A stretch of 64,000 nt of DNA from Raillietiella orientalis (taxonomy: Eukaryota), in NCBI GenBank assembly GCA_036172245.1, contig JAYWIR010000019.1, forward strand, positions 3,162,001 through 3,226,000. The letters are read 5' to 3'. The position numbers were made by a program, and so were the translations under genes. Below the pieces are notes generated by a model, which saw only the letters and a program-made list of their open reading frames with translations, did not search any database and was not told where the DNA came from. This document shows, piece after piece, positions 38,001 to 49,293 of this stretch (its first letter is position 1; each line of letters opens with the position of its first letter).

Positions 38001-39719
38001 GGGAAAATGACCAGAAAACTATGAGCGTAAACCCTCCCCCTCCCCCAAAAAAAGACAAAAAAAAAAAAAAGTATTCATGACGAAAGCGAACATCTTCACA
38101 TTTCCGAATCGTAGCACTTATTAAATGAAGAACGGCACACGAAATGCGCGTCAAAGAAAAAAAAAAAAAAAACCACGCGCCAAAAATCAACTAAGAAAAA
38201 GGAGGGAAAAAAAAGAAAAAAAGCCGTGCACGCTTGGAAAAAAAAAAAAAAAGAAAGAAAAGTTCGATTCGTGACAGTTCCTTCTCTTGGATTCGGTTCC
38301 TCAAGCAGCACCACTTGTGTGCAGACACGCGAGAGTGTGACGTGTCAACTGTTATGCACTTGCAGCGGAAACGTGCAGGCGTGCCGCGAAATGGTTGTTC
38401 TGCCGTGAGCGTCAGCTGTGAAAACAACAACAATGACGGCAACAACAACAGCAACAGCGGCGTACGACGCGCGCTGCCACCGAAGAGATGGAAAAAGATT
38501 CGAGAGTTTCTTGAACCTAACTCGATGGACCAAATCCCGCAGCGTAACCTAGATATTTTCTTACAAACTTTCGAATAGACACCGACTGGATGCGGAGAGG
38601 GGGGAAAAGAGTTGCCACACGTTCTCGTGATAGGCGTACCCAGATTTATCACGGAGTCAGCTGATAAAGCTGAGAAAACTAGTGTTGCTGGAACATCGCA
38701 TTAAAGTGCACTCAAGGACACTTGTTACACTACGGCAAGCGATTCGCTCCTCTCTGCTACTTTCTTCCTTTTTTCTTTTTCTCTCTCCGTTCTTTTTATT
38801 TATTTATTTATATTTTTCGAACCTATCCACGTCTTTCTTTCTTTTTTCTTCCTTTCTTTCTATCTTTTTTTTTTTTTTTTTTCGAGGAATTTCACTCAGA
38901 TGAGCTTTCTGTTCTTTTTTTTTTTTTTTCCTTCTTTCTTTCTTTCCTTCTTTCTCTCTCCCTCTCCCTCCCTCTCTCTCTCTCTCTCTCTTTTTTCAGG
39001 AATCATCGAACTGAGGTGGAGCAAACCTTGACTTTACGTTTCAGATACGAAGCCTTACGATTTCGAAAACGCTCTACACACACACACATACCTTTATACG
39101 CCCTTGGGCTGTGACGCTCGCCTCGATTAAATTCGGCTTGCATCCGTCGGAACGAAAACGCTGCCACGGACGGGCTCGTGTGGATTTTGAAAGCAACGAA
39201 AGGAAAAAAAAAAAAAACCGTCGGAACGGCCTGCACCTCCGGGAGACCGCGAACCGCGCCTCGTTCCCGTGGGATATAGCACGAGACCAGTTGCGGTAAG
39301 GAAGGAGCGAGCGAACACTTGGTTTTGTGCAAGGAGGGCGAGTTTCGCGCGAGCAAGGAAAGATCATCATCGCCGGCGGCGGAGGCAACACGGCGATGAC
39401 GATGACGATGACACCGCCGCAGCGGCACGACGCGCGGTCACACGTGGGAGTCCCTTGCGAACGCGCGTGCAATCATTCCGGTGTTTTCTCCGAAATGACT
39501 CCGAAGCAGTCATTAGGGAGAGCTCCCGCAGCTGCGCCACGACACTCTTATCTTTCCTTTTTCTTTCTTACTCACGTTGCACGGCTTGGAGACCTCAACA
39601 ATGGAGCAGCATATCTTTATGATCTCTTCTTCGTCGGAACCCAAAAGAGGACCGTTCTGTCCAGAAGACACGACATGGAAAACCATCAAGTATTTCAGCT
39701 CCGGCATGTTTGTATACAT
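689..39719 (-). CDS. ESRP1/2 (fus, sym-2): Epithelial splicing regulatory protein (ESRP1/2, fusilli, SYM-2 family), spliced: join of 39719-39576, 28850-28707, 25713-25485, 17204-17115, 13102-13048, 12727-12617, 4244-4069, 3583-3489, 2950-2735, 2136-1915, 1561-689; 784 aa
   Basis: Eleven exons with GT-AG boundaries and matching phases sum to 2355 nt in one open frame. ESRP hallmark motifs appear in order: [106 protein letters not shown]. Confidence 0.95.
1915..2136 (-). CDS. ESRP1/2: ESRP coding exon 10, linker and start of RRM3 ([44 protein letters not shown]...VHMVFNTQ)
   Basis: Acceptor CATTTTAG|, donor CAG|GTAAAA, 222 nt, phase 0-0. The conserved VLNR follows AEVQQ. Confidence 0.92.
2735..2950 (-). 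CDS. ESRP1/2: ESRP coding exon 9, RRM2 (IEFFEQG...[12 protein letters not shown]...[15 protein letters not shown])
   Basis: Acceptor TTTGCATAG|, donor CAG|GTACGA, 216 nt, phase 0-0. Confidence 0.93.
3489..3583 (-). CDS. ESRP1/2: ESRP coding exon 8, start of RRM2 ([32 protein letters not shown])
   Basis: Acceptor TTTTCCCCTTAG|, donor GTG|GTACGT, 95 nt, phase 1-0. Confidence 0.93.
3983..4012. repeat. (CA)n microsatellite
   Basis: Directly visible. Confidence 0.95.
4069..4244 (-). CDS. ESRP1/2: ESRP coding exon 7, RRM1 ([21 protein letters not shown]...[18 protein letters not shown])
   Basis: Acceptor TCTTCTTTCAG|, donor GAG|GTACGA, 176 nt, phase 2-1. Confidence 0.95.
4621..5117 (+). pseudogene. 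ISCA2: Unprocessed pseudogene of iron-sulfur cluster assembly protein ISCA2 (HesB/IscA family), antisense within ESRP intron 6
   Basis: Translates to [58 protein letters not shown]..(frameshift)..[34 protein letters not shown]. The GGCSG and CSCG.SF motifs are diagnostic. Has a 41-nt intron at 4889-4929, a probable 51-nt intron at 4651-4701, an in-frame TAG at 4979-4981 and a net +1 frameshift near 4988-5000. Confidence 0.88.
5111..5470 (-). pseudogene. PPP1R21: 3'-terminal fragment of PPP1R21 (KLRAQ1/CCDC128), decayed
   Basis: Translates to [62 protein letters not shown], which resembles the PPP1R21 C-terminal TTKRSYEDQL..SDHL.SMNE.L domain. A 2-nt frameshift lies near 5396, and no upstream part of the gene was seen. 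Confidence 0.8.
9758..9801. repeat. (GTGC)n(GT)n compound microsatellite
   Basis: Directly visible. Confidence 0.9.
12617..12727 (-). CDS. ESRP1/2: ESRP coding exon 6, start of RRM1 ([37 protein letters not shown])
   Basis: Acceptor TTTTGCAG|, donor AA|GTAAGA, 111 nt, phase 2-2. Confidence 0.95.
12803..12842. repeat. (AT)n(AC)n compound microsatellite
   Basis: Directly visible. Confidence 0.9.
13048..13102 (-). CDS. ESRP1/2: ESRP coding exon 5 ([19 protein letters not shown]), not in the ORF track
   Basis: 55 nt, phase 1-2, strong acceptor TTTTCTCTCTCTCCCCAG|, donor ATG|GTGAGT. Resembles the ESRP H.F....V..KFE.G.C motif. Confidence 0.9.
13158..13210. repeat. (ATC)n/(GTC)n compound trinucleotide repeat
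   Basis: Directly visible. Confidence 0.9.
17014..17082. repeat. (TA)n(TG)n compound microsatellite
   Basis: Directly visible, about 30 nt downstream of the exon 4 donor. Confidence 0.95.
17115..17204 (-). CDS. ESRP1/2: ESRP coding exon 4 ([30 protein letters not shown]), not in the ORF track
   Basis: 90 nt, phase 1-1, acceptor CTTCAG|, donor AAG|GTGAGT. Fits the ESRP segment V..M..I...I preceding the GH.F motif. Confidence 0.85.
17205..25484 (-). other. U12-type (minor spliceosome) GT-AG intron, 8280 nt
   Basis: 5' end is GTATCCTTTC, the U12 consensus RTATCCTTT. 3' end is GCGCCTTAGCCTAAACTTCAG, with a CCTTAGC branch-like motif at 17222-17216 and no polypyrimidine tract. It joins exons 3 and 4 in frame. 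Confidence 0.82.
25485..25713 (-). CDS. ESRP1/2: ESRP coding exon 3 (LDKFLKD...[38 protein letters not shown]...SAIAE)
   Basis: Acceptor TTGTTTCAG|, conserved TDGQLH.RQ.LHPEA motif, ends in phase 1 at the U12-type donor GTATCCTTT. Confidence 0.93.
26090..26430 (+). mobile_element. Possible decayed LINE reverse-transcriptase N-terminal fragment
   Basis: [16 protein letters not shown] resembles the I..LK..KSPG.DG.P motif, and ENY lies about 80 codons downstream, where NYRPISL is expected. Confidence 0.28.
28350..28595 (-). mobile_element. Possible tRNA-derived SINE (degenerate Pol III A/B boxes)
   Basis: Minus-strand TGGAGTGGTCAAG (28584-28572) and GTTCGAAGCTC (28531-28521) at long-variable-arm tRNA spacing. 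Related heads occur at 36381-36420 and 27587-27655. No intact cloverleaf. Confidence 0.35.
28707..28850 (-). CDS. ESRP1/2: ESRP coding exon 2 ([48 protein letters not shown])
   Basis: Acceptor TGTTTCAG|, donor CAG|GTAAAA, 144 nt, phase 0-0. Fits the expected DnaQ-like segment. Confidence 0.85.
30131..30793. mobile_element. Foldback/MITE-like element with long imperfect terminal inverted repeats
   Basis: Perfect inverted matches at 30138-30152/30768-30782 (15 bp) and 30199-30223/30662-30686 (25 bp), with internal AAACCG/AACGAA-rich iterations at 30270-30350. No coding capacity and no clear target-site duplication. Confidence 0.55.
38755..38999. repeat. About 245-nt polypyrimidine low-complexity tract
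   Basis: Almost purely C/T on the plus strand. Confidence 0.9.
39576..39719 (-). CDS. ESRP1/2: ESRP coding exon 1 ([48 protein letters not shown])
   Basis: Resembles the ESRP N-terminus (YLVV..G..LGSDE.E). ATG at 39719 (alternative ATG at 39707), in-frame upstream TGA at 39732-39734, donor AAC|GTGAGT, phase 0. Confidence 0.88.
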
Positions 39720-40282
39720 CAATAGTATCTTTCAGCTTTCCGTATTATCACAGATCATTGCATTTTTTTTCTTCTTCTTCTTCTTCTTCTTCTTCTTCTC
39801 TCCGTTCGAAAAAAAAAAAAAAGAAAAACGAAAAACGAAAAACAAAAAGGCCAAAAAAAAAAAAAAAAAAACACTGATTCCTCTACAGGATCATAAATTT
39901 CTCACACATTTTTGGCTGCTTCCACTAAATCATGTGTGTGCATCCACCGATAATAGACCCTACAGTCAATGATAAAAGTTTCCATTGCATCAAGCCCAAG
40001 GAGCACATTACGAGAACCCAGAACAAATACCATGAGGAGGAAACAGCACTTGAAAGGGCCCAGGTACGTTTACGATCCAACACCGGGAGCAACACCTTTG
40101 AAACTGATGAATTCTAGCTTTGCTGGTCACCATCATGGCGTTAGCACACATGTGATATACCCAGCAGTATCACCTCATCCAATGCAGGTGTGAGAACGGA
40201 AAATGAAGTGTGCAAAGAACAGAATGCCAACGATAAAACCACCTGTCGAATTCTTTAAGAAAGTGTTTGAATTTCTATAAAC

Positions 40283-40287
40283 AAAAA

Positions 40288-40334
<47 letters not shown>

Positions 40335-40366
40335 AAAAAGAAAAAGGAAGAAAAAAGGAAAAAAAA
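40283..40366. repeat. Poly-A/(AG)n purine tract
   Basis: Directly visible. Confidence 0.9.
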
Positions 40367-41849
40367 GGCAAGCGTGCACCAAACCTATGCAAAAGTGTCA
40401 GTTTTTATCGTTTAAAATCAGAAGTAGAATCCAGCTATTAAAAAAAATCACGTGACTTGCGAGATAATTCTTTTCCATTAAGCTGTTCTCAATACACTCC
40501 TGAGTGTGGTGCATTTGTGAGTATGATGTTTATGCATTCTGCCTTCCTTCTCTTAGCATGCAGTAAATCTGCGTCTTAAGGGAATAAATCGAACCAGCAT
40601 GCCACGAGAGAGAAAAATATTATATATGTGTATATGTTCCACCTGACTGATAAGGGAGGACACACTTAGAAAAAAAAAGGAAGCGTATATTTAGCACGTG
40701 ATTGAGTTTTCAAAACAAACAAGCAAAATGGGATGAATCGGGAAGAATCGAAGATTAGGAGGAAAGAGGGTGTGCGGTGTTCAGGGAAAATGAATTGAAT
40801 TGCTGCCTCTAATGTAATCTGAGCGTCTACAACTTGTGTCGTTGAAAACGTACCACTTTCAAGGGGGGGGGGGGAAAAAAAAAAAAAGGGCTTTCTCCTC
40901 CTGTACAAGAAAAAAGCATGCTAAAAGTTTGATGGCAAAAATACCTGCACGTGATTGTCCAATCCCATGGGATGATGCTACCCCCAACCGATTGCTTGCA
41001 TCTCCCAAATACACACATCGTGTGGTCATCGGGGAGAAAAAAAATATCCTTTTTTTTTTTTTTTTCAAAGTCGTTGTTGTCTGTAAAAACACATTTTTCT
41101 TCGTACGTATGACAATAAATAAACGATCGTGAAGGATAAACGGAATCTTTCATGATCCCACTTTGGCCCAATGCAAAGTGGGATCTGAGAATCTTTCTGG
41201 CCAATGCTTTGAATGGTGATGGTGTTGTACACCAAGGAGCGAAAAATTAAGTGGCGAATCCGATTCCCCATTCATCCCTCAGTCCAAGAGTAACAAAACT
41301 TCCAGAGCATTTCTTGGTCCAGCAAGGAGCAGTCCACTTGGGAATCGGACACGAGATTGGGAATCGTTGCATCCTCATTCGGGCCCATGACATTGGGTAT
41401 GAGTATTCCCGAAGACAAACTCGCCGCCAGCCACAACGTCCACGCAGTTCAGCAAGATTCCAGATGAGAAAAGGAAGCGATCTCACAGACTGTGTTCGGA
41501 GTTTTGACTGCGGCGCCTTCGTGTAAGCTTCTGAAGAATATCGGAATGCCTAGAAGAAGCAGCTGTAGGGAAAAGAATCACGGAGAATGCAAAAATCCAA
41601 AGTTGAGGAAACGGAACTCTTTTCCATAACAACACTCTTTTCCTTCAGGGCCTATTTGCTCTTGCCTTCCTCGTATTCTTCAATCTCCTACTACGATATG
41701 GGCATCCGGTTTCTCTGGTCATGGTGATGACGCTTGCTGCAATGCCCACTTCTTTTATTTTTGCACGTCTATAACCTCATTAACTACACCTTTCAGAAGA
41801 ACGAGTGCACGAACCTGCAATTGAGGAACAATTTATTAATTAACGTCTA

Positions 41850-43600
41850 GTTATTTGTTTCCAAGTGTGTTTGAAGCAATACTTCGGATGGCCATTTACA
41901 TACGTCTCGCGTAAAGGCGGTCCCTTTTCTTTCCTCCACCTGAAGCTCAGCAGCAGCGTCGAACGTGGAGCATTCCTTGGAAGCAGGAAGAGACAGCAAA
42001 TCTTTGCATTGAGACGTCTCGGCGTGCAAATCTTTGTGGACAGTTACCTTCTGCGCAAGAACTCAGTTTCCGAGTAGCAAAGTGTAGGCAGCCAGGGTCT
42101 CGAAACAGGAAGGCCTGGAGTCCAGGGGCGAAAAGCTGCTCCTGCTTGCCACTTCAGTTCTTTCCATAGCTGCTCGAGCATATGCCTTCCGGTAGGTGCG
42201 AATCTGCGAAGAGTTCACCAGCCTCCGCTGAGTTGCCAGGTAATCATCAGTGCAGCACTTTCGATAGGCAGTCGTGGGTTCTGAACACTTGTTGAAGTGT
42301 CTGAATCAGCAAGTCCAGGAGGCGCGTAACCGCAAGCCTTTAATTATGTTGAACACCACAGGCACGGCAACGATGGACCTTTTGGGGTCCCCCATTGGGG
42401 GTTAAAACTGAACTCTTTCTTGACATTTCGAATGCGAAATTGCATTTCTGGTGCTTCTGTCACCATTTGTCAGTTCCCTTCCTGAAGCGAACCAGAACTC
42501 GGACGTTTTGAAGCACATGGTTACCTCTTCCCTGCTTTTGCTGCTGCTGATGACACTGCTGTACAAGAGCCGTCGTATTTTTCTATCCAGCGGAAAGTTG
42601 GCTCATGAAGCAGCAAGTTGGCTTACCGAAAAGTCGCATTTTCTAAAATGGCCCCTACTGAAAACAACTTTCTCTCCTATCCGAATGCACTTTCTTCCAT
42701 TCTGATTGTAAAATGAGTTGCTCACTTTCTTCCACTTTGATTCAGTGATATGTGAAATTCTGGCTGTCATCAGAGCTGCTGCGGCTAGAAAGCTTTCCCT
42801 ACCTCGGAATGGTGCGGTGGAAACACCGGGGACTCCAAACATCCTACGACCGTTGTGATGTGCGCAGATTTTTGTGGCGATGCGCGCTGGCAGAAAGTAC
42901 CTTCAAGAAAGAAAAAAAAAAAAAGCACCTCGTTTCGTGGCCTCCTTGATCTATAAGGAGGGGTCTTCTTCCTTTGTGGGAATTCTCAAAGCTTTGAATG
43001 CTGGAGCTTCATGAGATAGGAGAATTAATCACTCGTCATGACCTCCTAACTCGCGTCGTTGGTATCGTTTCATCCGATTGATCAACACAACTCATGAAAA
43101 TGGAATGTCTTCGATCGGTTCAAGCTTTGTACTGAAGAAAACTTTCAGCTCTAAACTGCTCGTTCTACTTCTTGTTCTACATCTTTCGAGAAGGTTCAAA
43201 GCTTACCACTGCGGTCTCTTGATTTGTGGATTTTCCGAAGTCGCGAAGAAGTACTTCTCTCCTCCTTATCGCCGTTTCTTTCCTGCACTCAGAACGAAAT
43301 TCCCACTAAATTACCAAGTATTCGGCGTGGCCGATGTGTCATGCTCCGTAGGCAAGCATCTTCCGTTGCTCCGTCTTGCTGTTCTGTTTGGGGTTTACTG
43401 AGGCACTTGCGACTTCTGCAGACTCTTCGATTTGCTTGGTCTAATTTATTGTTTGCTCTGGAATTTTGGAAAACTGAAGCGTCCAAAATAAAGGCACTAT
43501 CTTTATAAAGGCTCCGAATTTTCAAGTAGTCAACAAGATATGAAACGGTGATCAAAGTCTGCTGTACAAGTCGAGATAACAGCTGCATCGCGAGGACATC
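41850..43600 (-). mobile_element. Highly decayed non-LTR retrotransposon (LINE ORF2-like) fragments
   Basis: Minus-strand peptide remnants in LINE ORF2 order: DFDHRFI (endonuclease-end SDH-like), WEFRSECRKETAIRRR (tether WF..EC-like) and LPTLCYSET (P.L.Y..ETW-like). Many stops and frameshifts. Judged by eye only. Confidence 0.35.
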
Positions 43601-46600
43601 GGATACCCAGGCTAGGATGTAAAACGAGACTCCAACTCATGTGATCTCCTTAGAATTATCTCTTCTAGGAACACCACCAGGACACTAGGAAGAGGAACAC
43701 AAGGAAGATCGTGCCATGATCCTTTCTTTCTATCCTCAAGATTCGATTATGTTCAGCTAGTGACCTCTGCAACTTGCAAAACAACGTTCGTGTCCTTAGG
43801 CAGCGTTCGCTTAGATGGAAACCTGGACGTGGATTTCCTTTTCCTTTTTTTTGTGAGTCCAATGTCTGGAACTGGGAATCACGAAGGAAGTCCTCATTGA
43901 CTGAGAACACTGGACCTTGATCTGAATGGGGGGGGGGGGCATTCCGAAAAACGATCGTGAAAGGGAGGCAGCTTCAAAAGACGTATTTGCTCGCATCCTT
44001 CACCAGACCACCTACAACAAAACGATGGATAATGTCCCAGAGTGGGAATTTGCACTAGCCCAGAGTGGTAATCAGGACGGAAACAGGAATTGAGGGCAAG
44101 TTGTGGCTCATCAGTTTTGTGTGCGAGGTGGAAGGTCGGTGATTAAAAGACCGACCTCAAATGAGACTCCTTGATGAGATCTGTTCTCTCCTACGGAAGA
44201 TCTTCTTACAGGGCATTCGAGGCAGTTTTCGAATGTCCTTTGGTGAGATCGACTTTTCTCTATCTGGACTCGCATCAGCATGGTCATCATGATGGCGTTC
44301 AAGGACGAAGTGATTCTGCGATCAGCTGAATTGGCTCCGAATCCTTGGATGGTGGTTCCAGCGGACCCTCCATTCCCGTTTTGTTCGTTTCTTTGCCTGC
44401 TTCCCCCCCCCCCCCCCCCCGCCATCGATTCCTCTATTAAAATTCCGCTTTCATCGCCTTTCAAGAGTCCCCGAGTGCATCTTCGAGACCTCGCCTGCAG
44501 AAATTCTGCCAATCCCGAGGACCGCTGATGGCCAGGAAGCCAAGAGTCCTACGAGGACGTGAACGATCTCGACGAGAAAGAGCCAGCAGTGCAATAGCGA
44601 CGTGCAGAGCAGAAGCAGCTTCGTGTGTGCCAGAGGAAATTTCGTTATTTGTTTTTCCCTCCCGGCCACTTTTGGAAGGCGGATCTAGTCCGACATCAAT
44701 GGACCACCATTTCCCTCATTTTTCGAAAGTTCTGCTGATCCACGCGCACGCGTTCCTGCAAGCATCCCCTGGCTCTTCCCAACTTCGTTCAGGCATCATC
44801 CGACGTTGTGGATGATGCACGCTGAACGCGAAAAGTTGAGCCAATTCCAGTGCTAAGCTGCTGATTCACCATTAATGCTCAACCATGGGGCAAAAATTTC
44901 CACCCCATATAACGCATTGCGAAGGCCTTGACCTTCCCCTCTCCTCCCAGACATGGTGCTGGGCGATTCTCGAAGGCGCAAGGATCCCTCCAGATGCAGG
45001 GGCAGGGACACATCCAGGCATCTCCGGTAAACGATATCCAGAAAGCGCACGTGGGATCACCTTAGCAAACCGTCGGAAAAACTCATCCGGGCGGTTGCTT
45101 GGTTTCTGGCGAACCGGCAGGTGACCGGTTGAGAGGCATCTGAATGTCGAGGTTGCCTTCTGGCCTTGAAACCCCGCACGAGCCGTTTTATGGTGTTCTC
45201 GGGATGTGACCAGTTCTAACGCCAAAGCGGAGCCCGTCGACCTGGCTGTGGATTCATCTCTGAGTCTGAGGCGCGCTCAAGAACCTGTAAGCGAAAGGTC
45301 ACCTCAGCACTTGAATCCGGCGCCTCGCAGGACTCGGCGCTTCCCGCCGGAGGGTGCCAACTGGAAGATCCCTGCTTCACCGCTGCGAGTGATGGCACGC
45401 GTCGAGGCGGGGGCGTCCTTTCCTCGCCCGTGTCGACCGCTGCCGGTTTCCGATTCAAACCTCCTGCCGGGATGCCGCGCATCTCCTCCTCCCTCCTGGA
45501 AAACGAAATCCATCTGCGTCGCTCGCTCCTCCCTTTTATTCGAGTGCAGGAGGGGAGTTTTCGACGACGACCCCCCTGGCTTCCGATGAGCCCCCGACCC
45601 GGTCCGGAACGCGACCGCGCCTCCATTCGCACACCTCTTCGTGAACTGGCTCAAACCCGGAAGATCCCAAGCTTACCAAGGAAGCTGCAGCTGGGAACCA
45701 CACCCCCGCGGGAGACGGGCTAGCGAGCGAGCCCTTGTCTGAGGTTTTTCACACGGTCACGCCCTGGGGGGGGGGGACCTTTGTTTTACGAACCAGTCGG
45801 GAATGCACTGGTTCCCTACTGAGGACAAAAAGTTCAGGCAGAGGATCCACCGATACGCAGGTCGGATATCCGGAAGTCCGGAACGGAGGAGGGAAGAGAC
45901 GGCACATACCACAAAATGAGGAAATCTGGAAGGGGGGGAAGGGGGGGCAGGGATCTTTAGGTTTGCCCGCATACACCGGGATGAATATATAAAAACCGGG
46001 AAAGCTACCGAGCGAAAGGGCGAGGAGAATAAAAAAAAGATTATAAGGATGCTGGGGACAAGGGCCAGGCGGTGTCCGCCGTTCCTTCACTTCAGAACCG
46101 GAACTGGACGCCGGCGATCTCCACCTTGTCTTCTTCTTTCAGGTAAGACCACCCTGCAACCGTCCGCGTGTAGGTGGCTGCTGCCTGGGTGACCTCACTT
46201 CGCTAGGTTGCCGCTGAGAACACATGGAGGGCCGTGGCGAAGACGCGGATGCGACCCACCGCTGCCATCACTTCCGCCTCCCCCCCCCTTCCGTCCTCTC
46301 AGAGAGAAGAACCGTCGCAGCAGGTCGCAGGTAGCGTCCTCCTGCCGATTCCGGTCCCTCCATCCCACGGTTCCTGGCGGGCGTCGCAGCTCGAAAACAG
46401 GTGCGACGGAATAGACTCCGCTGACCCGCACCTGGAACAACGGTTCAGGGATGCAACCCCCTCCTCGGCAACGAGGGCGCCAGAGCTCACACTTGCACTG
46501 GAACCCCCAGCGCAGAAATAGCAGCACAGCCTTCCTTTATTCCCTATTTTCTCCGTGGAGCATCCTCTCAAGACCGGCTCTTTGTTGCGCGAGGCTGCGG

Positions 46601-48071
46601 ATGCAGAGTGGCAACCAACACGCGGAAGGAAGCGTTCGCGACCCCGCGAGCTTGAAGTTCACAGCCAGGAAATGCAAAAGCGTCCAGGCAGTGGGGAGGG
46701 ACCACAACCCCCCCCCCCTGGAGCCAGACCCAGAAGATGACCCCCACCGAAGGAGTCCCGTCGCCAGGGCGCTCATCTTCCAGCCGCTCAGGAGTTTCCT
46801 CTCCTGCGGTGGTGCAGGACAGAAAACTCCCAACTCTCCAGTTGACAGCTGTCATCGCTTGCCCTCAGGGCAGGCGAAGCCCCGACAAGAGGTGTGTGGA
46901 GTCCAGGATCGACCGCTTCGCATAATCCTTGTCGAGGGGGGAGAGGGGGGGGGGTGATACCTGCAAGCGCCTCCCTTTGTGCGCGACCAGCTGGACCGAT
47001 TCCGGGATCGCGCGCTCGGTCTGGCGCTGCCACCTCGCGAGAGTTCGCACTAAGAGACGAGCGGGTGCCCGTGCTTCCGGGAGAGCATCTTCTCCGGGTG
47101 CGCTCGCGGACACACCCGGGGAGCCCACTGCGCCCCGCGGCGAGGTCGGGTGGGTCTGTTCGGCGAAAACCTTTCGCAGAAAAGGCAACGCCGGTGGCCC
47201 GCGAGGTCGCAGCTCGGGGAGCAAACGGGGGGAAGAAGGGGGGGGGTGCTGGTGCTTTCGCTCCGAAGGCTTTGATTCGCGCCGCCCCCGAGACGTTGTC
47301 ACTGAAGCAGTTCCTCAGATTCGGCGCACCACGCCGAGGCTGCACGGTGGCAGCATCCACACTGAAATCTTTTGTTTTTCTTTTTTTCCGGAGGAGTGCT
47401 CGCCCGCCTGAGCCGATCATCAAAGTTATCGTACTTCCGGGGAGCGGGGAGAGACGGAAAAGACAATCCGGAGTTTCCTGTTGCGAAGATGTCGAAACGC
47501 TTCCTGAAGGTCCACGTCGTCCAGGGTGCCGCCCGCCTGCAAGTCGCGAGGCCAGCAGGCAGCTTGGGGTTTCCCCCTCCCCACCCTCTCTCCCTTCTCT
47601 TCCCTTTTTTTTTTCTTTAGCCGACTTCCAGAGGCGAGGTCGCCGTACGCCGCTCGTCCGTCAGCTTACGGAGAAGACGGGAGAGGGGGAGGGAGCACGC
47701 TCGAAACCGCGACTGGAGGCTCTCCAGATGCAGGCAGCATCCGTGGGTAAGCACACCTTCCAAGATGTGCGACAGGATCAAACCCTCATCTTTCCGTTCA
47801 GCGTCTGGAACGCATGGAGAGAGGCACCGGGACGAAAGTCGAGTGGCCAAAGCCGTCCAGTGAGCCGATTCTCTCCCCCTGTGGCCGTGGGGGCAAGACA
47901 AGCTTCACAGGGACTCTCGAGGTCTGGCCGAGTGGGAATGGGGAAGCCCCAGGGAGTTTTTTTTTCTCCTTTTCCCCCGGTTGGATCGCCCTCCGGTAAC
48001 GCAGAGACCAAGCGGAGACTGCTGGCGTCTGCTGTGCGCGCCGCGCTTTCCGGGCACGCGGAAGGCACGAA

Positions 48072-49249
48072 CGGCCGTCGCCAGTGTTGATTGGGCTGTC
48101 CCGTGCGGCACCCGCCGTCGCCACCGGAACCGGGGGGGGAGAGGGGAGCGTGACTTCTGGTTGTGCTACAGTGCGGTGAGTGGACCCTGCATCCACCTGG
48201 CACTCGAGTGAGTCGGGACGTTTCTCCCGAGAGACAGCGCTGGGAAGCGTGCTCGGACGGCTCCTCGAGCGTGGTAGGATGTCGCCTGCGGCGACGAGAG
48301 CAGCTTCGTGCTGCTTCCATGGAGCTGCGGCCAGCAAGGAGCCACGGCGAAGGAGGCCAGCAGACCATGGAGGCGGTCGTGATGCCCCTTGGTTCAGGGT
48401 GGCCATCGGGTGGCCGCACCTCCAGCGGCAGGACGAGAAACTTGCTGGCATCCCGGAAAGGACGATGAGGACGCCAAGGAGGAAACCCTGATCCCTTCTT
48501 CCTCCCTCTCCAATGAAGAAAATTTTTCAATGAAAAATTTTCTTCATCGCGAACCGACAACGCACTGTGGTGTGCGATGTCTTCCACGTGGTGATTTTTT
48601 CGCTCCATTTCGGCTGCCTCTTTGGAGTCTGTCATGTTTTCTTCTTCTTTTTAAATTCGTTGCTTAAACCTAAAGGTCCTTCTTGCAGCGAAAAGGGAGC
48701 TCAGAAATCATGTGGAGCAAAAGATCTTGGAAGCAAGATCCAGAGGACAGCTCCCATCCTCTTGGAAGGAACAAGAAGTGCACCACTACGGAGGTTGCCA
48801 TCGTTTCCTTTCGTGGCGCCGCCCTGCATGACGCCTTGGTCCAGAGTGCCAGCTTGAATTTGCGATGCGGGCACTGGCTGGGCCGAACGGTAGTCTCGCG
48901 GGCGGAAACAATTCGCGCAAGAGTTCAAGCGTCCGCCGTTAGCTGGGTATTCCTGCCCTCTGTCATGCGTCGTTGACCAGAAGAGCTGAAGCCGGATGGG
49001 GTCTCCGAACCGCCCGCTTCACATCAAGAGGTATCACGCTCTTCTTCCTTCCCGCTCGCGCATGCGCTTCCCCTTTTCTCCTCTGCATCTTTGGCACAAC
49101 TCGGGAAAAAGCTGCGATCTCGATGCCGGCTGCATCCCATGTCTTTCGCTTCGCGATGAGGCGCGGATTGCTAAAGACTGCATGCAGAACCGAAGTATTC
49201 AGCCAGGACTCGGTTTTCACCCGGATTCGCTGCGGAGTTTGTTGTCTCT

Positions 49250-49293
<44 letters not shown>

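Noticed and set aside
46894..48090. Longest ORF in the track (398 aa), and similar long ORFs at 19050-19928, 24511-25464, 30616-31419 and 61974-63439
   Set aside because: Arg/Pro/Gly/Ser-rich, no recognisable domain, overlapped by similar ORFs in other frames and running through homopolymers. This is expected from stop-poor GC-rich non-coding DNA.
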